This document shows positions 1 through 12,900 of a stretch of 50,045 nt of DNA, piece after piece. Positions within the stretch are counted from its first letter, which is position 1; each line of letters begins with the position of its first letter. The notes under the pieces are model-generated. The model ran no database searches, was not told the origin of the DNA, and worked only from the letters and a program-made list of their open reading frames with translations. The stretch is from Catajapyx aquilonaris. Taxonomy: Eukaryota. Location of the stretch: positions 124,001 through 174,045 of the forward strand of contig KZ537988.1 in assembly GCA_000934665.2 (NCBI GenBank). The letters are read 5' to 3'. The position numbers were made by a program, and so were the translations under genes.

Positions 1-213
1 GAGTGTAACCAACATGGTGAATGTCTCATTCCATTTTGGATGGTAGGTGCACTTCAGCACCTCACTTTTCCTAGGCCGCATTCCATCCACTGAGAGCTCC
101 ACGTATGGATTGGGCTTCAGAATGCCACCAACCAGTCCGTTGAGGTTGGCACCCTCAATTTTCACATTCAGCTGGTGGAAACCACCCATTGAGGATGCCA
201 TTACTTCAGCCAT
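1..213 (-). CDS. Su(dx): First coding exon (partial, runs off window) of a NEDD4-family HECT E3 ubiquitin ligase, Su(dx)/ITCH/WWP type; C2 domain
   Basis: Minus strand from ATG at 213 reads MAEVMASSMGGFHQLNVKIEGANLNGLVGGILKPNPYVELSVDGMRPRKSEVLKCTYHPKWNETFTMLVT. This matches the C2 domain of Su(dx)/ITCH (KPNPYVEL...K...PKWNE.FT.L.T). Splice acceptor ttttcaccatag precedes the exon start at 314. Confidence 0.85.
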   Translation of the reverse strand, partial: MAEVMASSMGGFHQLNVKIEGANLNGLVGGILKPNPYVELSVDGMRPRKSEVLKCTYHPKWNETFTMLVTL

Positions 214-3200
214 GGCTGCTTCTGGAGTTCTTTTGTGCAAAAGGGAAGACTACCAGGGCAGCAGCATTCTCACTACCAGCTGATGACACCGCCTGGTGCC
301 ACTTGCGTCATCACCTATGGTGAAAACAAAATGCCATTACTATCATGTTAACAGCACAACTGCATTTTAGCAACATAGGAATTGGTGAACCGCAACTGCC
401 CAAGATAAAAGTACTACTCTCGCTTAGTTGCATCCAACATTTCCTTTCAATTACTGACAAGAAGGCAGCTGAACTGAATTATTTATTGCTAGGTCGACAC
501 TATTACTTGGGCAACGGGAAGGAAAAACACAGAATGTTCCAGTTTTACTTAAAGGCATGAAAGTGAACAATAACCACACCCCACAATAACAATAATTACT
601 TAATATAATAAAATGATCTAACAGTATAACGCTGCCAATGTCATGCCTATCCTTTGCTAGCATCAACAGGAGCAATACAGGAGACAGAAAATACTGTCAC
701 CTTGAGATAACAAAAGTCTTCCTCCCGTCTGACATGCTAGCTTGGATTGGGAAATGATACCTTTATTAGTGTAGGAACTGAATAGCAAGTGGGGCACAGG
801 CATTGGTCATTCAAGGCCTTCTATCTGATCAGATTCATTTGCAATGCGTATGCAGAGGAACCACAGGTTAATGCAGTCAGAAACAAGCACGACAGTTGTC
901 TGGAACCTTCCCCCTATGATTTTTCCGAAGTGTACAAATGTGCTACCTTATTTTGGTTCAAAACATCGGGCCACGTCTCAGTAATAGCACACTACAAACA
1001 CTGACACAAGCATGTACACTGAAGCAGGGTCCAGGGGATGCACAGACTAAGGTAATCCTATTTTTTGACTAGGTTATGCAATATGTCCCTTGACACACAG
1101 AACCTTATGCATCAAACGGAAGCAGACCTTCTTCAATACCCAGCACTTCCTCTTACCATACATTAGAGGCACATATACTCTAAGTTGGCCTGCCCTGTAA
1201 AAAAGTACGAGTTTAAAACGAGGCCTTAAAATTCCACACACCACAACTGCTTGCACATTTGCCTGGTAATAATCTGGCCAGACGTGTGCAATTCAGTTGT
1301 CTTATTACTGGGAAGTTTGGCTTCTAACAGTATCAGTTGTATAGAAAGAGCTGTACAATGTTGGCCTTGTTCCTCCATTGGTTATTATCATTCAAATGAA
1401 CTGCCGAGATTTGCTATTCTCAGTCACGGTAGCTGACAGTAAACCTGCCTCACCATGAAGTTTTCATACATCTGCACAGACTTCTCTAGATGGACACTAA
1501 GGACAGAACTTGTCAACTTGTGTGTCAATCAGGGCAAAAAATTTATGCAAGATTAAATCAGAGCCCGATAAGAACTGAATGTATTTTGTACATTCTTGTA
1601 AAGGCCTGGAATCACAAAACTTGGGCTAGGAGAATGGCAGTGATGTGCAGTGGGGGTAAGTGCGCACTCCCTTACGTCCAATTCAAATTGGCTGGCTGAG
1701 GAACACCAACTAGATGCATGAGCATCCGCGATGTTTCCACTGATATGAATGTAAGTTTAATTACGAAACAAAACCACTGGATCTTCCCCTTTCCATGTGC
1801 ACCCATAAGTTTCTGTTAATGGAAGTTTTGTTACATTATTCCAAACTGATGTCCGACCTGAGCCTACTTAAATTTCATTGTAATTCAAATTGTTGCCTTA
1901 GTTGATGCAATAAATTATTAGCACAGTTGCCTCTAGGTGGTACTAGTGTGGTACGCAGTTGCAGCTGATTGCTCAGGATTGCAATGAATGTGGCATAAAA
2001 TATTACTGCTATCACATTGTGGTTGTTTGGCTAGATTGTTCAACGCCACGACAACACAAGACTGGGAAGCCGCAAATAACTGTCATAGCAACTTAACACA
2101 GGAGAATCTGCTATTACGTATCTACTGATGATGACGTCAACTAAATTCTGAAACATACCACACAATATGGTACGGTATTTCACTTGAGCCTTGGTCACAG
2201 AAATAGTAGACAACTATTCCAAGTTTATTCCACGGCACAAATTACAAACACTCACCAATTTAAACGCAAGCATGTGCCCACATTAATTGCAGCTAAAGAG
2301 GAAATAAATGACAAAGACGAGGAATTGCACTAATCCCTCACTACTGCTTGGCCGTGTTTGAGACAGAAGTGCATCTCATTTGTGATAAATTTCAGGTCCA
2401 AATTGGCGCAGTGTCTTTAGGTCATGTCAGCAATCAAAGTTCAACCATGTCAAAAATAACTCTACAGGAAAAGGTCAAGTGAAGTTGGTCTGACAATAAC
2501 TTGTGTGTGTGATCCTTTGAAACCTAATTTTCTGCACAATTGCAGTTATGCAGTTTGGAATGGTAACATAACAGCACTGCCCAAATACTCTAATCTGAAA
2601 ATTTGATTCCAATGATATTCCTATTATAGACTTCGCTAGTGGGCCTGGCAGTTAGTGTTGCATTCCATGCAATATTTCCTTACAACTTTAAACAGAGGTG
2701 ACCTGAAATATCAGTCCGATGTTTCTGAAATGTGGCTTCCTAAAAGTAGGCTCATTTCGGAGTGATATTGGACATGGGCTGTGCCTTACCTACCCCACCA
2801 CTTCTCCCAGCTTGTAATGTCTGCCAATCAGGACGGAACATTGCACAACATGTCACCCAGTAACTAGCCGAAGCCAAGCCATTTGTTTGCACATATTTAA
2901 TCTTATCACATCTCCTTGGGTTCCTTGGCACCCTACAAAAAAAAGCCCCAAGGTCACCTGTTTCTGAAACCTGCAACAGCCCCTGGCTGTACCAGGCCCA
3001 ATAGCTTCCTGGTTCTGAACGTGCCTGATTCATCATCATCATCCCCATCCACTTGAAGGAGTAGGGGAGGAGAGGGGGGGAAGGGAAAGGGGCATGACGG
3101 AAGTGGCGATTAGAATAGGTGGGCACTACGGGCAAGTACCTGGATGCCCGTGCGCTGCGAGGAAGAGTACGCGAGTCCCACGTAGTATATGCTGCGTCCA

Positions 3201-3649
3201 ACATCTAAGTCCAGCTGAGAGTCAGGCTGTGCTTCTCGCGGTACGAGGCAAGGCGAGGGCTGCAGCGGAAAGAGTGAAAGCGCGCTCTCAGCCTCGCAGC
3301 CAGACAACCCCGCAGCTTCCTTCCTTCCTTCTGATCTGGCTGGCCTCCCTGCCGAAGCACTCCTGTCCCCACGACTATGCCTTCTCCCCAGTTCCAGATC
3401 ACAGGACACGGAAGGAAAAGAATGACTAAAAAAAAATGTATGTGTGTGATAAGGGGGGAAGGGGAAGGAGGGGGGAGGGGCCTGCTAAAAAAGTTGCACT
3501 GTTGCCAACACAAGGACATATATTCAGATTGAATTAAAACAGTCACAATGCGATGAAATGAAGCAGAGCCTAATTTACACTCGAATAAATACGCCACTCT
3601 TTAAGTTTATAAAGTAACACGACTTTTCCACATATGTGCGCCTCAGCAA

Positions 3650-4145
3650 CAATATATGACGTCAGAGAACTGTGAAAAGCGAGCCAATCGTGGCTGATCA
3701 GCAGGGGAATCCGGTGAGCAGTGTAAAGTCTCACACGATCTGAGGCACTATGACGCACTCAATGGCGATTGGTCCGTATGGCGTGTCACGTGCCTCATTA
3801 GCCAACCCACGTTCACTGACGTCTCGCGCAATTCGCGTGCATAATAGCCACCCCCGAACTGCGCATGCGTCCGGGGTGCAACAAACGGCTGTTGGCGCCA
3901 CTAGTTTTAAACAAATTGATGCGCGTAATTTTACTTGGGAAAGGTTGCTAACCAGCCCGACGCAATTATCGAAGGGCAGCGGGCGACAGACATACGGACG
4001 GAGACAGGGCGTGTTCCGTGTCATAAGTACGGAGCAGGTCGGAGGGATCGTTGAAGCCAGCAAGACCCCCGAAGAGAGAGGCAACTAGCGACCTCGGGTT
4101 GGCGAGGGGAACAAGAAGCATCGGCCCCGATTCCAAGATGGCGCC
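3650..4145. promoter_or_regulatory. CpG-rich bidirectional promoter between Su(dx) (-) and C6orf136-like (+)
   Basis: Cluster of CRE TGACGTCA (~3657), CCAAT boxes (~3684, ~3768), E-box GTCACGTG (3785-3792), NRF1/Ewg TGCGCATGCG (3860-3869) and YY1/Pho CAAGATGGCG (4134-4143), lying between divergent genes. Confidence 0.65.
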
Positions 4146-4235
4146 GCTCACGTCGGAGGTGTGAGAGAGAGGACGAGGTGGGACTCTTCCAGGGCATCAG
4201 AAACAACCTTCCGTCTTCATCTCCACTGTCCAGAG

Positions 4236-5876
4236 ATGTCCAAGTGCATCAGGGCGATGCTGGTGCTCAGGCTGCAGGCACGCCACCGGATGGTCAGCGT
4301 CAGGCACCTCACCCTCTCCACCAGGAAGGGAGGAGGCCTCGACTACACGCCTGGACACATTAGGGTACGATTACCACATGCTAATCCGCCTCTGGAAAGG
4401 GCCTGTGGTTTATTTCTAAAGCAGTGGCGCACAATACCAATTTGTAAAAAATGACAATGCTGCGCCACATTGTTTGGTGCAGTACGACTTTGCACAACAG
4501 TAAAACTAAATTGTTGATTTGTTGCAGGGTGGATCGTCAGGAATGGCCCGTGTGATTGCATCGGGCAGTGTCTGTGCAATACCCTTAGTGGCTCCACACC
4601 TTTTGAAGCTGGCCCGTATGCCCCGAGAGGCTTCGCAAAGGGAATGCGTACCACAATATGAGACCAAAGCCATTTGCCACCTGACCAAGGAGGAGACCCA
4701 GCATGTGTCTTATTACCTCCGGAGGGAGGTGGGAGGCATTGGCGGGGCAGGAGGGACGCTAGGGAGGGGGCTGTCTTCTGCTGCTGTGCCCAAACCAAAG
4801 TCTGTGGTAGAAGGTGGTGGGGATGATGAGAGAAGTGGGAAAGAAAAGACAGTCATGATGGGAGGAGACAAAGGAGGAAAGCCTTCCTCAGATTCCCAGA
4901 GGCATCCTTCCGAACAGCAGCTGGCCCATGTACATAAAGTCCTTGCAGACACGGTACGTTATCAGTGTTATGCTGTGAGTAGCAACGTGCTAGTGTATAA
5001 CCATAAAACCAACCAATGGCTAGGTGCACCTATATTATGTGCCATTGGGAGGGATTGTTTTCTGTGGAATCATTCATCTATTTTTCACTATCTTAACAGT
5101 TGCCCAAACTCTTCACCCAGCCAATGGACTACAAGATTTACTCAAATGACATTGTTTTCATCAACAACATACGAAGAAAGCAGACGGTGTTAGTATATAT
5201 TAACTGTCACTTAACTTACAGCTTAATAATTTGCTTCACATAACATAATTTGTTGATCCAGGGGCATTTACGCATACGCCCGCCAGGTAGCCCTCCTCCG
5301 CATGATAGGACACTTTAAGTATGCTTACGTGGCTTTTGACGTATTGAAGATGACGAAGCACCCAGAGGATGGCACAGTCAGAGTGAGGTGGAGGATCAGA
5401 GGAATCTCTGGCATCCGAGTATTTATCAACTTCTGGAAGTACAAGCTGTGGAACTTCAAGGACGCCACACAAGCAACACAGGAGTCGTGAGTATCACTTC
5501 TTTGATGTTACTTGTGCTCTCATGTCTTCAAGCATTAATTTCTCTGTTGGCAGATGGTATGATGGGTTCTCAACATTTTATGTCGGAGGGGATGGCCTTA
5601 TCTTCAAGCATGTGGCTGACAAGGTGAGTCTTGTGCCTGAAGGAACAGTCGTCACGTCAAATGAACAAACCCATTAATTTAAAGCGCAGTAGTTGCAGCA
5701 TACCAGCTCGTCATTGATGCAAGTTTCTTCTCTGGTTACAGGTGACCCCAAGTGAGGACCACCTACATGTGAAGAGTGCCAATCCACTAGAAAAACTGGC
5801 CCCAAAGCTGGCTCTGGCTATTGTTCTGGGGCCAACAACCACCTTGAGCGACATGATGTCAAACCTCATCGATTAA
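4236..5876 (+). CDS. C6orf136: C6orf136 homolog (DUF2358 family); exons 4236-4364, 4528-4953, 5100-5188, 5262-5486, 5554-5623, 5742-5876
   Basis: Spliced translation contains [24 protein letters not shown]...[19 protein letters not shown]...[23 protein letters not shown], typical of C6orf136. All introns are GT-AG and in phase. The Arg-rich N-terminus resembles a mitochondrial presequence. AATAAA near 6239. Confidence 0.88.
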
Positions 5877-7618
5877 GCCAAGGCATATCTAGTTTTAGAA
5901 TTTTGCACGCATTTGCAGGACCTTTGTGGAAAACGAAACATGGAACTGACAACTTATATTTCACACAATCTGGCGTATATTTCCTGTTGTTTCTTTTGGA
6001 GCATGCCCTCCGATTTAAAAAGTTTTACTTCTGTTCTCGTTCTTGTCACAGGAAAGTGTTGTGGATGACACTTGATTGGGTTTGAAAATAGAGAGGCTGT
6101 GATTGGTTGCATAATATATCAGGTACACCTGCTTTCTCCTTCCTAAATGGTTTTGGAAATGTGATGGACTGTGTACATAATAGGGCGTTAAATAGCCATC
6201 AGCAAAAAAACCTTCTGGATGTATAGTAGTCACCTTTAAATAAATACATTACAAGCTTACTTTTTTTTTTCAAAAGCAGGTGACAATGGACAGTGTCTAG
6301 TCATGAATTCTGAATGAAGCAATTAAAAATAATAAAAGTCCCACACCGAATGTAACAGCAGGTTGATTTATGTCAACACCATAATTACAGCGCAATTTAC
6401 ATCTAAAATGTTGAGTACCATCATCACACTAATACATCTTAGTGGCTCTTAAAATTAATTGCATGGTTATTACAGTAATGCCTGTGGAAATAAGTGGGAT
6501 GGAGGGCTTAAGTTTGCAATAGCTCAAGCATTTTATAAAATAAGCAATCACAAATGAGCAATGTTGGCAGTGTTTTACAGGACATGAAAATTAAGTTTCA
6601 AGGTACATGATTAAGTGCACGAGTACTGCAAGCAAAATTAACGAACCCAGTTCTAATCCTACGTACGGTGGGTACCCTCGACAACTGTCACTTACACTGC
6701 GCGTTTCCCTCACACCAAATATTAGTTGCTGCAGTCTTCTTCGTGACTTGTAACTGGGTTCACCACATGACAAGGTGGAGTAAGCAGCTGTCAAGAATGC
6801 CTCAATGGAATATAGTACTGTGAATACATTTGTAACTACATTTGACTACATTGCACACTAGATTGGTCATTTTTTAGTTGACTTATCACCTCTCTCGGAG
6901 CAACAAAGAAACTAGCTCCTTAGGAAACTCTCGGATGGCTTTTTGCGATTGTACTTTTCATGCAAAAATGCATGCAATTCTCTTACTTGGCACACTAATT
7001 CTGCAAACTCCATATCGCTGCATACCGTATACTTGATGCTTAAGTGTCACTTATAAGTACATCTCCATAACTATGCTTAATTATTACTTTTTTCATTGAC
7101 ACTGAGAAACATCACTGCAATGGACAGAAAAAAACCAGAAAGTATGAAAGTTTGTCATTGCTCCGTACAATTTTCGTACCAACTCATCCTTGAAACATAC
7201 ACATAGATTTGTACGTGAAAATTTGGATCACAAAAGTGGAAGGTCACGAATATTTTGTGCAACCCGCAACGTTGTTATTACTTGGTAAGCTCTCACCATT
7301 TTTATCACAATTAAGAATAGACATGTGACAGGAACTGACACTTACGTACAACACAACAAAAAGAAAGGCAAACGATATTGGAAGACCACCGGGTCTTGAT
7401 TTTTTGTTATTGGTAAGTTCACACCTAAACCATTATTCACTACGCAACGTTTGTTTGCATCTGATGTGATTATCTGCATAGTACATTGAATTGTTTTGCT
7501 GGTTTCAAAAATATCACAGTATTTTTTTTTCTCCTTGGAAAGACCAATTATTATTATGCTGCATAACAATTTATTAAAGCCCAAACAGTTGGGCATTTAT
7601 GTATTTTTGGCACAAGCT

Positions 7619-9418
7619 TCAGACTGTTACCTGCAAGTTCTGCACTGCATTGCTGCGATCTACTTTGGACGGTACCAGGTAGAATGCAGGCTGAACTTTT
7701 GCTCCACAAGGACACTGACAACCTGCAAAAAAATTACATCAAGAAGTTGAGGTCACCCAGAAGCATATTAAAGGGACCAAAATGAATAATCTTTACCCAT
7801 AATCCAACTGAATGATCCCAACTTGTTCTGGCACTTGGGGCAATGGAGCTTTCCCTGTGATTGGTGGGGAACTTCAGACATCCATCCCAAGGGCTCAAAA
7901 AATAGAGTTTCAGTGCATACATCTCCTGCCGCCAGAGGTTGGATCCACTTGGGGTCCAGCCACAATGGGGTTTCTTTAGAGCGATGTGGAAGGAGATTGG
8001 AAGCAGCTGCTAGGACCCTCCTGTTGAAGCGTTCAAGAAAAAGGACTTGAAAAGGAATGGCCACAAGCAAAGGGCATGAAGCGCTCACCTGCATCGTTTA
8101 CACCTGTACACAACTGGCTCTGGCTTGACAGTGATTTGAGCAGGGTCTGCTTTTATAACATCCATCCAATTCTGAGGCAGAATCTTGGCTGTGGAAAGGA
8201 TTTTCACTTTACTTCCATTGCACAATCAGACTTCTATTTTGTAACCAAATCTTTGTAACAGATGAATGGCGCTTCCTTGGTTGCATTCTTCTCACCTTTC
8301 TTGATCTTATCTGAAGCCATGTGCAATCGATACATCTTGTACTGCAAGTTGCTCTTGTCGATTTTCCAACCCATATTTTCGTAGAGTTTTAGCTGCGCCA
8401 TGAAGCCTGAGTTTGGGCAGACATACTTGCGCTTGGCCTTCGCCCTGCCAATCACAAAATGAATGGCAGGGTTTCAAGTTTCCAGCAATTGCAATGAAAG
8501 GTAGTGTTTCACATTCTGGACACCTTACCTAACTAATGCTTCCTCTACAGAAATCTGATACTTTCGCATCAGATATGCTATAACCATGGTGGAACTGCGG
8601 GACACACCGTAGTAACTGTGGGTTCAAAATGCTATGCTTCATGAGTTTCCCCAACAATACTAAATAGGTTGATATTTTAATTAGTAAGGCATATTACCAC
8701 CAAATGAGGTCAAATCATGGTGCACAGATTGAAACAAGTTCCTTATGGCAGTAAGTAGCCTTCAAGCAGTACTGGAAATCGTGTTTGAGAGGTTTTGTGA
8801 CACATGCAACATTGGCTGAAATAACAATTGCCAGGATTCTCACCAGTGAACAAGTACGGCTCCCTTCTCAATTCCAACCTGTATGAAATTGGATGTTTCC
8901 TCAAAGTAGCTCAGAAGGTCCTCTCTAGGCATGTCTGTGACTGAAATCAGAAATTCGGTATAAATACCTTTATACTTTTGATGGATTATCTATCTCATGA
9001 GATTAATGCAATGTACTGCCTGGTTCAGGTGTGACATGTACCACTGGGCCTTACCCTGCACAAACTTGGTGGCCATTCCTGGAGCCATGGAGACTTTAGT
9101 GGGCAGTGGGCATGAGTCGACAGTGAGTATGTGGTTGATCCTGTTGGCCTCGATGATCTCGGTGCTTGTGGCCGCGGTCAGGTTCCCCAGCCAGAGCCCA
9201 TCCTCGATAAGATCTAGGTTGGTGGGCCCCGCGTCCTCGTCCCCACCACAGCAGCCGGCCAGGTCGTCCCCCATGGAGGCCGAGGTGGACGGACCCCCGA
9301 GGAGCAGTCCGGACAGACCCATGCTGTTCGAGGTCGACGCCTTCACACTGCCAACCCTGCTTCCTCCTGCCCCGGCGGCACACCTCTCGCTCTTGCCCGC
9401 ACCCGTGCCCGCAGCCAT
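7619..9418 (-). CDS. DUSP12: Dual-specificity phosphatase DUSP12/YVH1 (MKP-4) with C-terminal zinc-binding domain; exons 9418(or 9322/9274)-9055, 8940-8844, 8615-8529, 8444-8296, 8188-8089, 8020-7797, 7722-7619
   Basis: Catalytic loop VHCYYGVSRS, AYLM motif, PNSGFMAQLKLY, and zinc-domain motifs YRCKRCRRVL...C...FEPLGWM...GKLHCPKCQNKLGSFSW..GCQCPCG. Intron phases are consistent. The start codon is ambiguous among three in-frame ATGs. Confidence 0.93.
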
Positions 9419-9563
9419 CGCCCGCTCTCTGAAGGCCACAATGCCCCTTCCTTCAAGAGTTCAGACAGGTCGACGATCCGGCCACTGTCAAAATGGCTTC
9501 CCTCCCGATCCATCCCAGATTGGCGCCTCTCTGCCAAGTTTACATCGCACAACGTACTCCCAC

Positions 9564-9632
9564 TGCGCATGCCCAACAACGTAATACTGCCTTGCTATTG
9601 GCCATTGGGAGGAACTACCACCTGCGCATGCG
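9564..9632. promoter_or_regulatory. DUSP12 proximal promoter with two NRF1/Ewg-type motifs
   Basis: TGCGCATGCC (9564-9573) and TGCGCATGCG (9623-9632) lie just upstream of the DUSP12 first exon. Confidence 0.55.
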
Positions 9633-9969
9633 ACAGCCTGGAACGTGTGAGCTCAGCTCACGGAGATGGCACGGCTTCTCCCCTATTCGAAATTCCTGGC
9701 GGCACTTTGCCTGGCGGGCTGGCTGGTGTTGACAAATACTGGCTGGAAATATGAAGAAAAAACCCTGCGGAATCTAACTATTTCCAGCACTTTATACATT
9801 TTCCGAATATACAGCGGTGGTCGCAACTTATCGCTAAATTAGAACGACAAAAGGCACTGCTGATTGATGAGAAGGTTCAGCTAGTTCAATCCCCTTCATT
9901 TCCACAGCACTTGAAAGGCACTCTTTTGCTTAATGATGACTTTGTCACTTCCTAATCAACCAATCGCCA

Positions 9970-12900
9970 CTAGAGCTGGCTGGGATGGAGGCTGTACTCG
10001 TGGGCTCTGAGGCGAAGGTTGGTGATGCTGGAGGCCACGCTGTATGTGGGACCCATCGGACCCATGGTAGCCCCCTGGCTGTTGCCATACCCTGGGGAAA
10101 GACATGGCATTTACATAGTCAGAGGCACTGAAAAGGGATTGACCTACCTGTGGTCATCATGGAACACGAGGATGGGGGTGCAAGAGGTGACATTGGTGGA
10201 GCAGCCGGAGGCATCAGGGCGTATCCTCCAGGAGGACTGCTGGCCTTCCAGGCTGAAGAGTACCCGTAGTCAGGTGGACACACACCTAAAAAGTCGTACG
10301 GTCAGCATGGTTCACATCAGAGACAACGACGCCCGTGTGAACCTAACTTTACCTGGTATGATGTTGGTGGACCTTGGCGCTAGAGGTTGCTCCACGGCTG
10401 CCGATTCAGCGGTGTTCGCCCCTGTTCCCTGCCCGCGGTTCTGCCCCTCTCCATTGCTTCCACCGCTCACTAGATGTGACCTCCCATACAGACCGCTTCT
10501 CTGAGCCAAAATACTTCTCTCATTCCTTCTGAACTTGGCCCTCCGGTTCTGGAACCAGACCTGTTTGGATGCAAATAATCAGTCAGTTTGACCCCACTCT
10601 ATTAACACAAGCTGTTTGCATAAACGTGGTTGACTGACCCCGTTTCTATATTTGCATCGCAATAAATCGACCCGCCTGTTTCCCTCCCTTAAGTGGCGCT
10701 TCCCGTCGATTGATCAGTCTCATGATCTGATATATTCAAGTGTTTGGACCTCTGACAAACTATAGCCGCAAACATAAACAACAGCAATTTTAGTACCTCT
10801 CTCTCCCCACTATTCTCTTCCTGGCTTGAAAAAAGTGGCAATCTACATTGCGACAAGCACCTGCACCAGTCATTTAGCCGGATAGGCCCTGTCAGACCAG
10901 ACACCTCCAAGTGTAGCCTCGAAGCGATTAGATTTCGCCAGGTATGCTAATCTAACTTGGCTCGCCGACTTAATTATGCTGCAAAAGCACTGTCACTCAA
11001 TTAAGCCGCCGTACAAAAAAAAACTGGTGCCGTACACTGTGGACCGATGCCAAACACAAATAGGGACATCATCTGACATGCGTACCGTCACGACTCATAT
11101 TGACGATTTCTGCTATGTAAGCTAAAATTGCTCGTTTCTTGTGCCATTTTATACTCGCTACGCTCGGCGGTGGGGCTTCGCCCCTTTTGCGCGCCTTCGC
11201 CCAATCGTGGATTACCTGAACTCTGGCCTCGCTCAGACTGACTCTCCTAGCCAGTTCTTCTCGAACAAAGGCATCCGGATAGTGTGTCCGTTCAAAAACA
11301 CGTTCCAGAGCATTGAGTTGAGCGGTGGTAAAAGTGGTACGGTTGCGACGAGGCTTCTTCTTCTTGCCCTCGGCATCGGCACAGTCTTCGTCTGAAAAGC
11401 ACCATTTATTATTACCAAGAGTGAATGAAACGTCGCCAGCTAATGACCCAAGGGCAGGGTCGGCTGAGCGGCTGATCAAGGGTGGAAAAGAACCGAAACA
11501 GTGGATGGTGTCGGGTTTCCCCCCTTCCAGATGGATCTTAATGGCTCAATTTACGGCTCTGGGGGTGGATCTGACCTCCAGCCTGACCTTAGCTAACGGG
11601 TCAAAGCCAACCAGACAAATTCCAGCGCGCTCGATATCACTCTGGAAAGGAACGCACTGGCGTCACAATCTCCTGATATTGCGCTCGAAATGCCTCGAAA
11701 TGAGGGCACGCACAAGATGGTGGGTTTCGCCTTACAAGACAAATAGACGGCCCGCTTGATGAGGCGGAAACTCAATAAACAGACCAATTAGGAAACGGCT
11801 TCTAGGTGGTCATTCCCTGCCATTAAAAAAATTTAAATAAATAGCTTCCGGCCAATTTACACCCTCTGTTTTGCTTGGAATACCCCCGAATATTTCGTTC
11901 ATCACAGCCATTCCCGTTTGCCAAAATTAGTACCCAGTTCTCACCCATGGTGACCTGTAGCCGCCTAATAACCTGGTGGATATAATGAAGTTAACTTCCC
12001 AGCCATTGCTTTTTCTAAACCTTGGATATGTGCCCGTCGACACCAAAGTGTGTGGGAAAAGATATATTCGCGGCGGGTTGGTGCTTAGACAAGTGGGCGA
12101 TCCGCATGAGCGAGGAGCCTCTGGAGTTATGACAAGAAGGCAAAGCTGGGCGTCAAATGCCATGAGCAGGAAAAATGCTTTGCGCCCCTGACGCGACGCA
12201 ACATGTGGACATGAAAGAGACAAGGTTTCAACTTTTTTTTTTGTGTACGACAGATGAAATTTTCCTCCCTCCAAGCCTTATTTTTGATTCCAACCAAAGG
12301 CACTGTGACAGCTTCTGGGACATGGAGAAGGGCAGGGAAATACACACGTGGCTGACGGTCATGCTTCGGGGCCAACGCACACACATAACGCGCCCTATTC
12401 CTTCGAGGACACCAGGGGCAATCTGGCAGAAATCTTACTCCGCCCCCCCATCTTAGCCTGCCTGCAATGTCTCAAACTTGGTCGGATGGAACCAGAGGCT
12501 TTCAATCTCTTGGGGAAGGATGGGCGATGACGGGAACGCTCAAGCAATTTGTGCGAGTAATTGCGTACAAGTATGTGCGGAAAAAATGTATGTACGATTA
12601 ATCGCGAAGAAATGGCCTCGTACTTTTTCAAAGTGTGATAATCCTGGCTGATTGATGAGTTCAATTTGTTGCTACGGATACAGTGTTAAAGGCCCCTTTT
12701 CTGTCTGAAAGAGCGAGACTGAGACCATCGCATCAATCAAAATATGTCACTTTCAGAATAATGAAACCCTTGTCTCAGACTCCTTTTCCAGCATGCTGCG
12801 GATCATGACCTGGTAAAGGCCAAGGAAATATTGACTCGGAAAGAAATCTAGCCTTTTCGAGTTGGGAACAGAGATATACAGGGTGCTCTCAAAAGAATGC

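Noticed and set aside
8997..9584. Long antisense ORFs over GC-rich exons (also 16560-17138, 25103-25687, 10019-10504)
   Set aside because: These are shadow ORFs opposite real coding exons.
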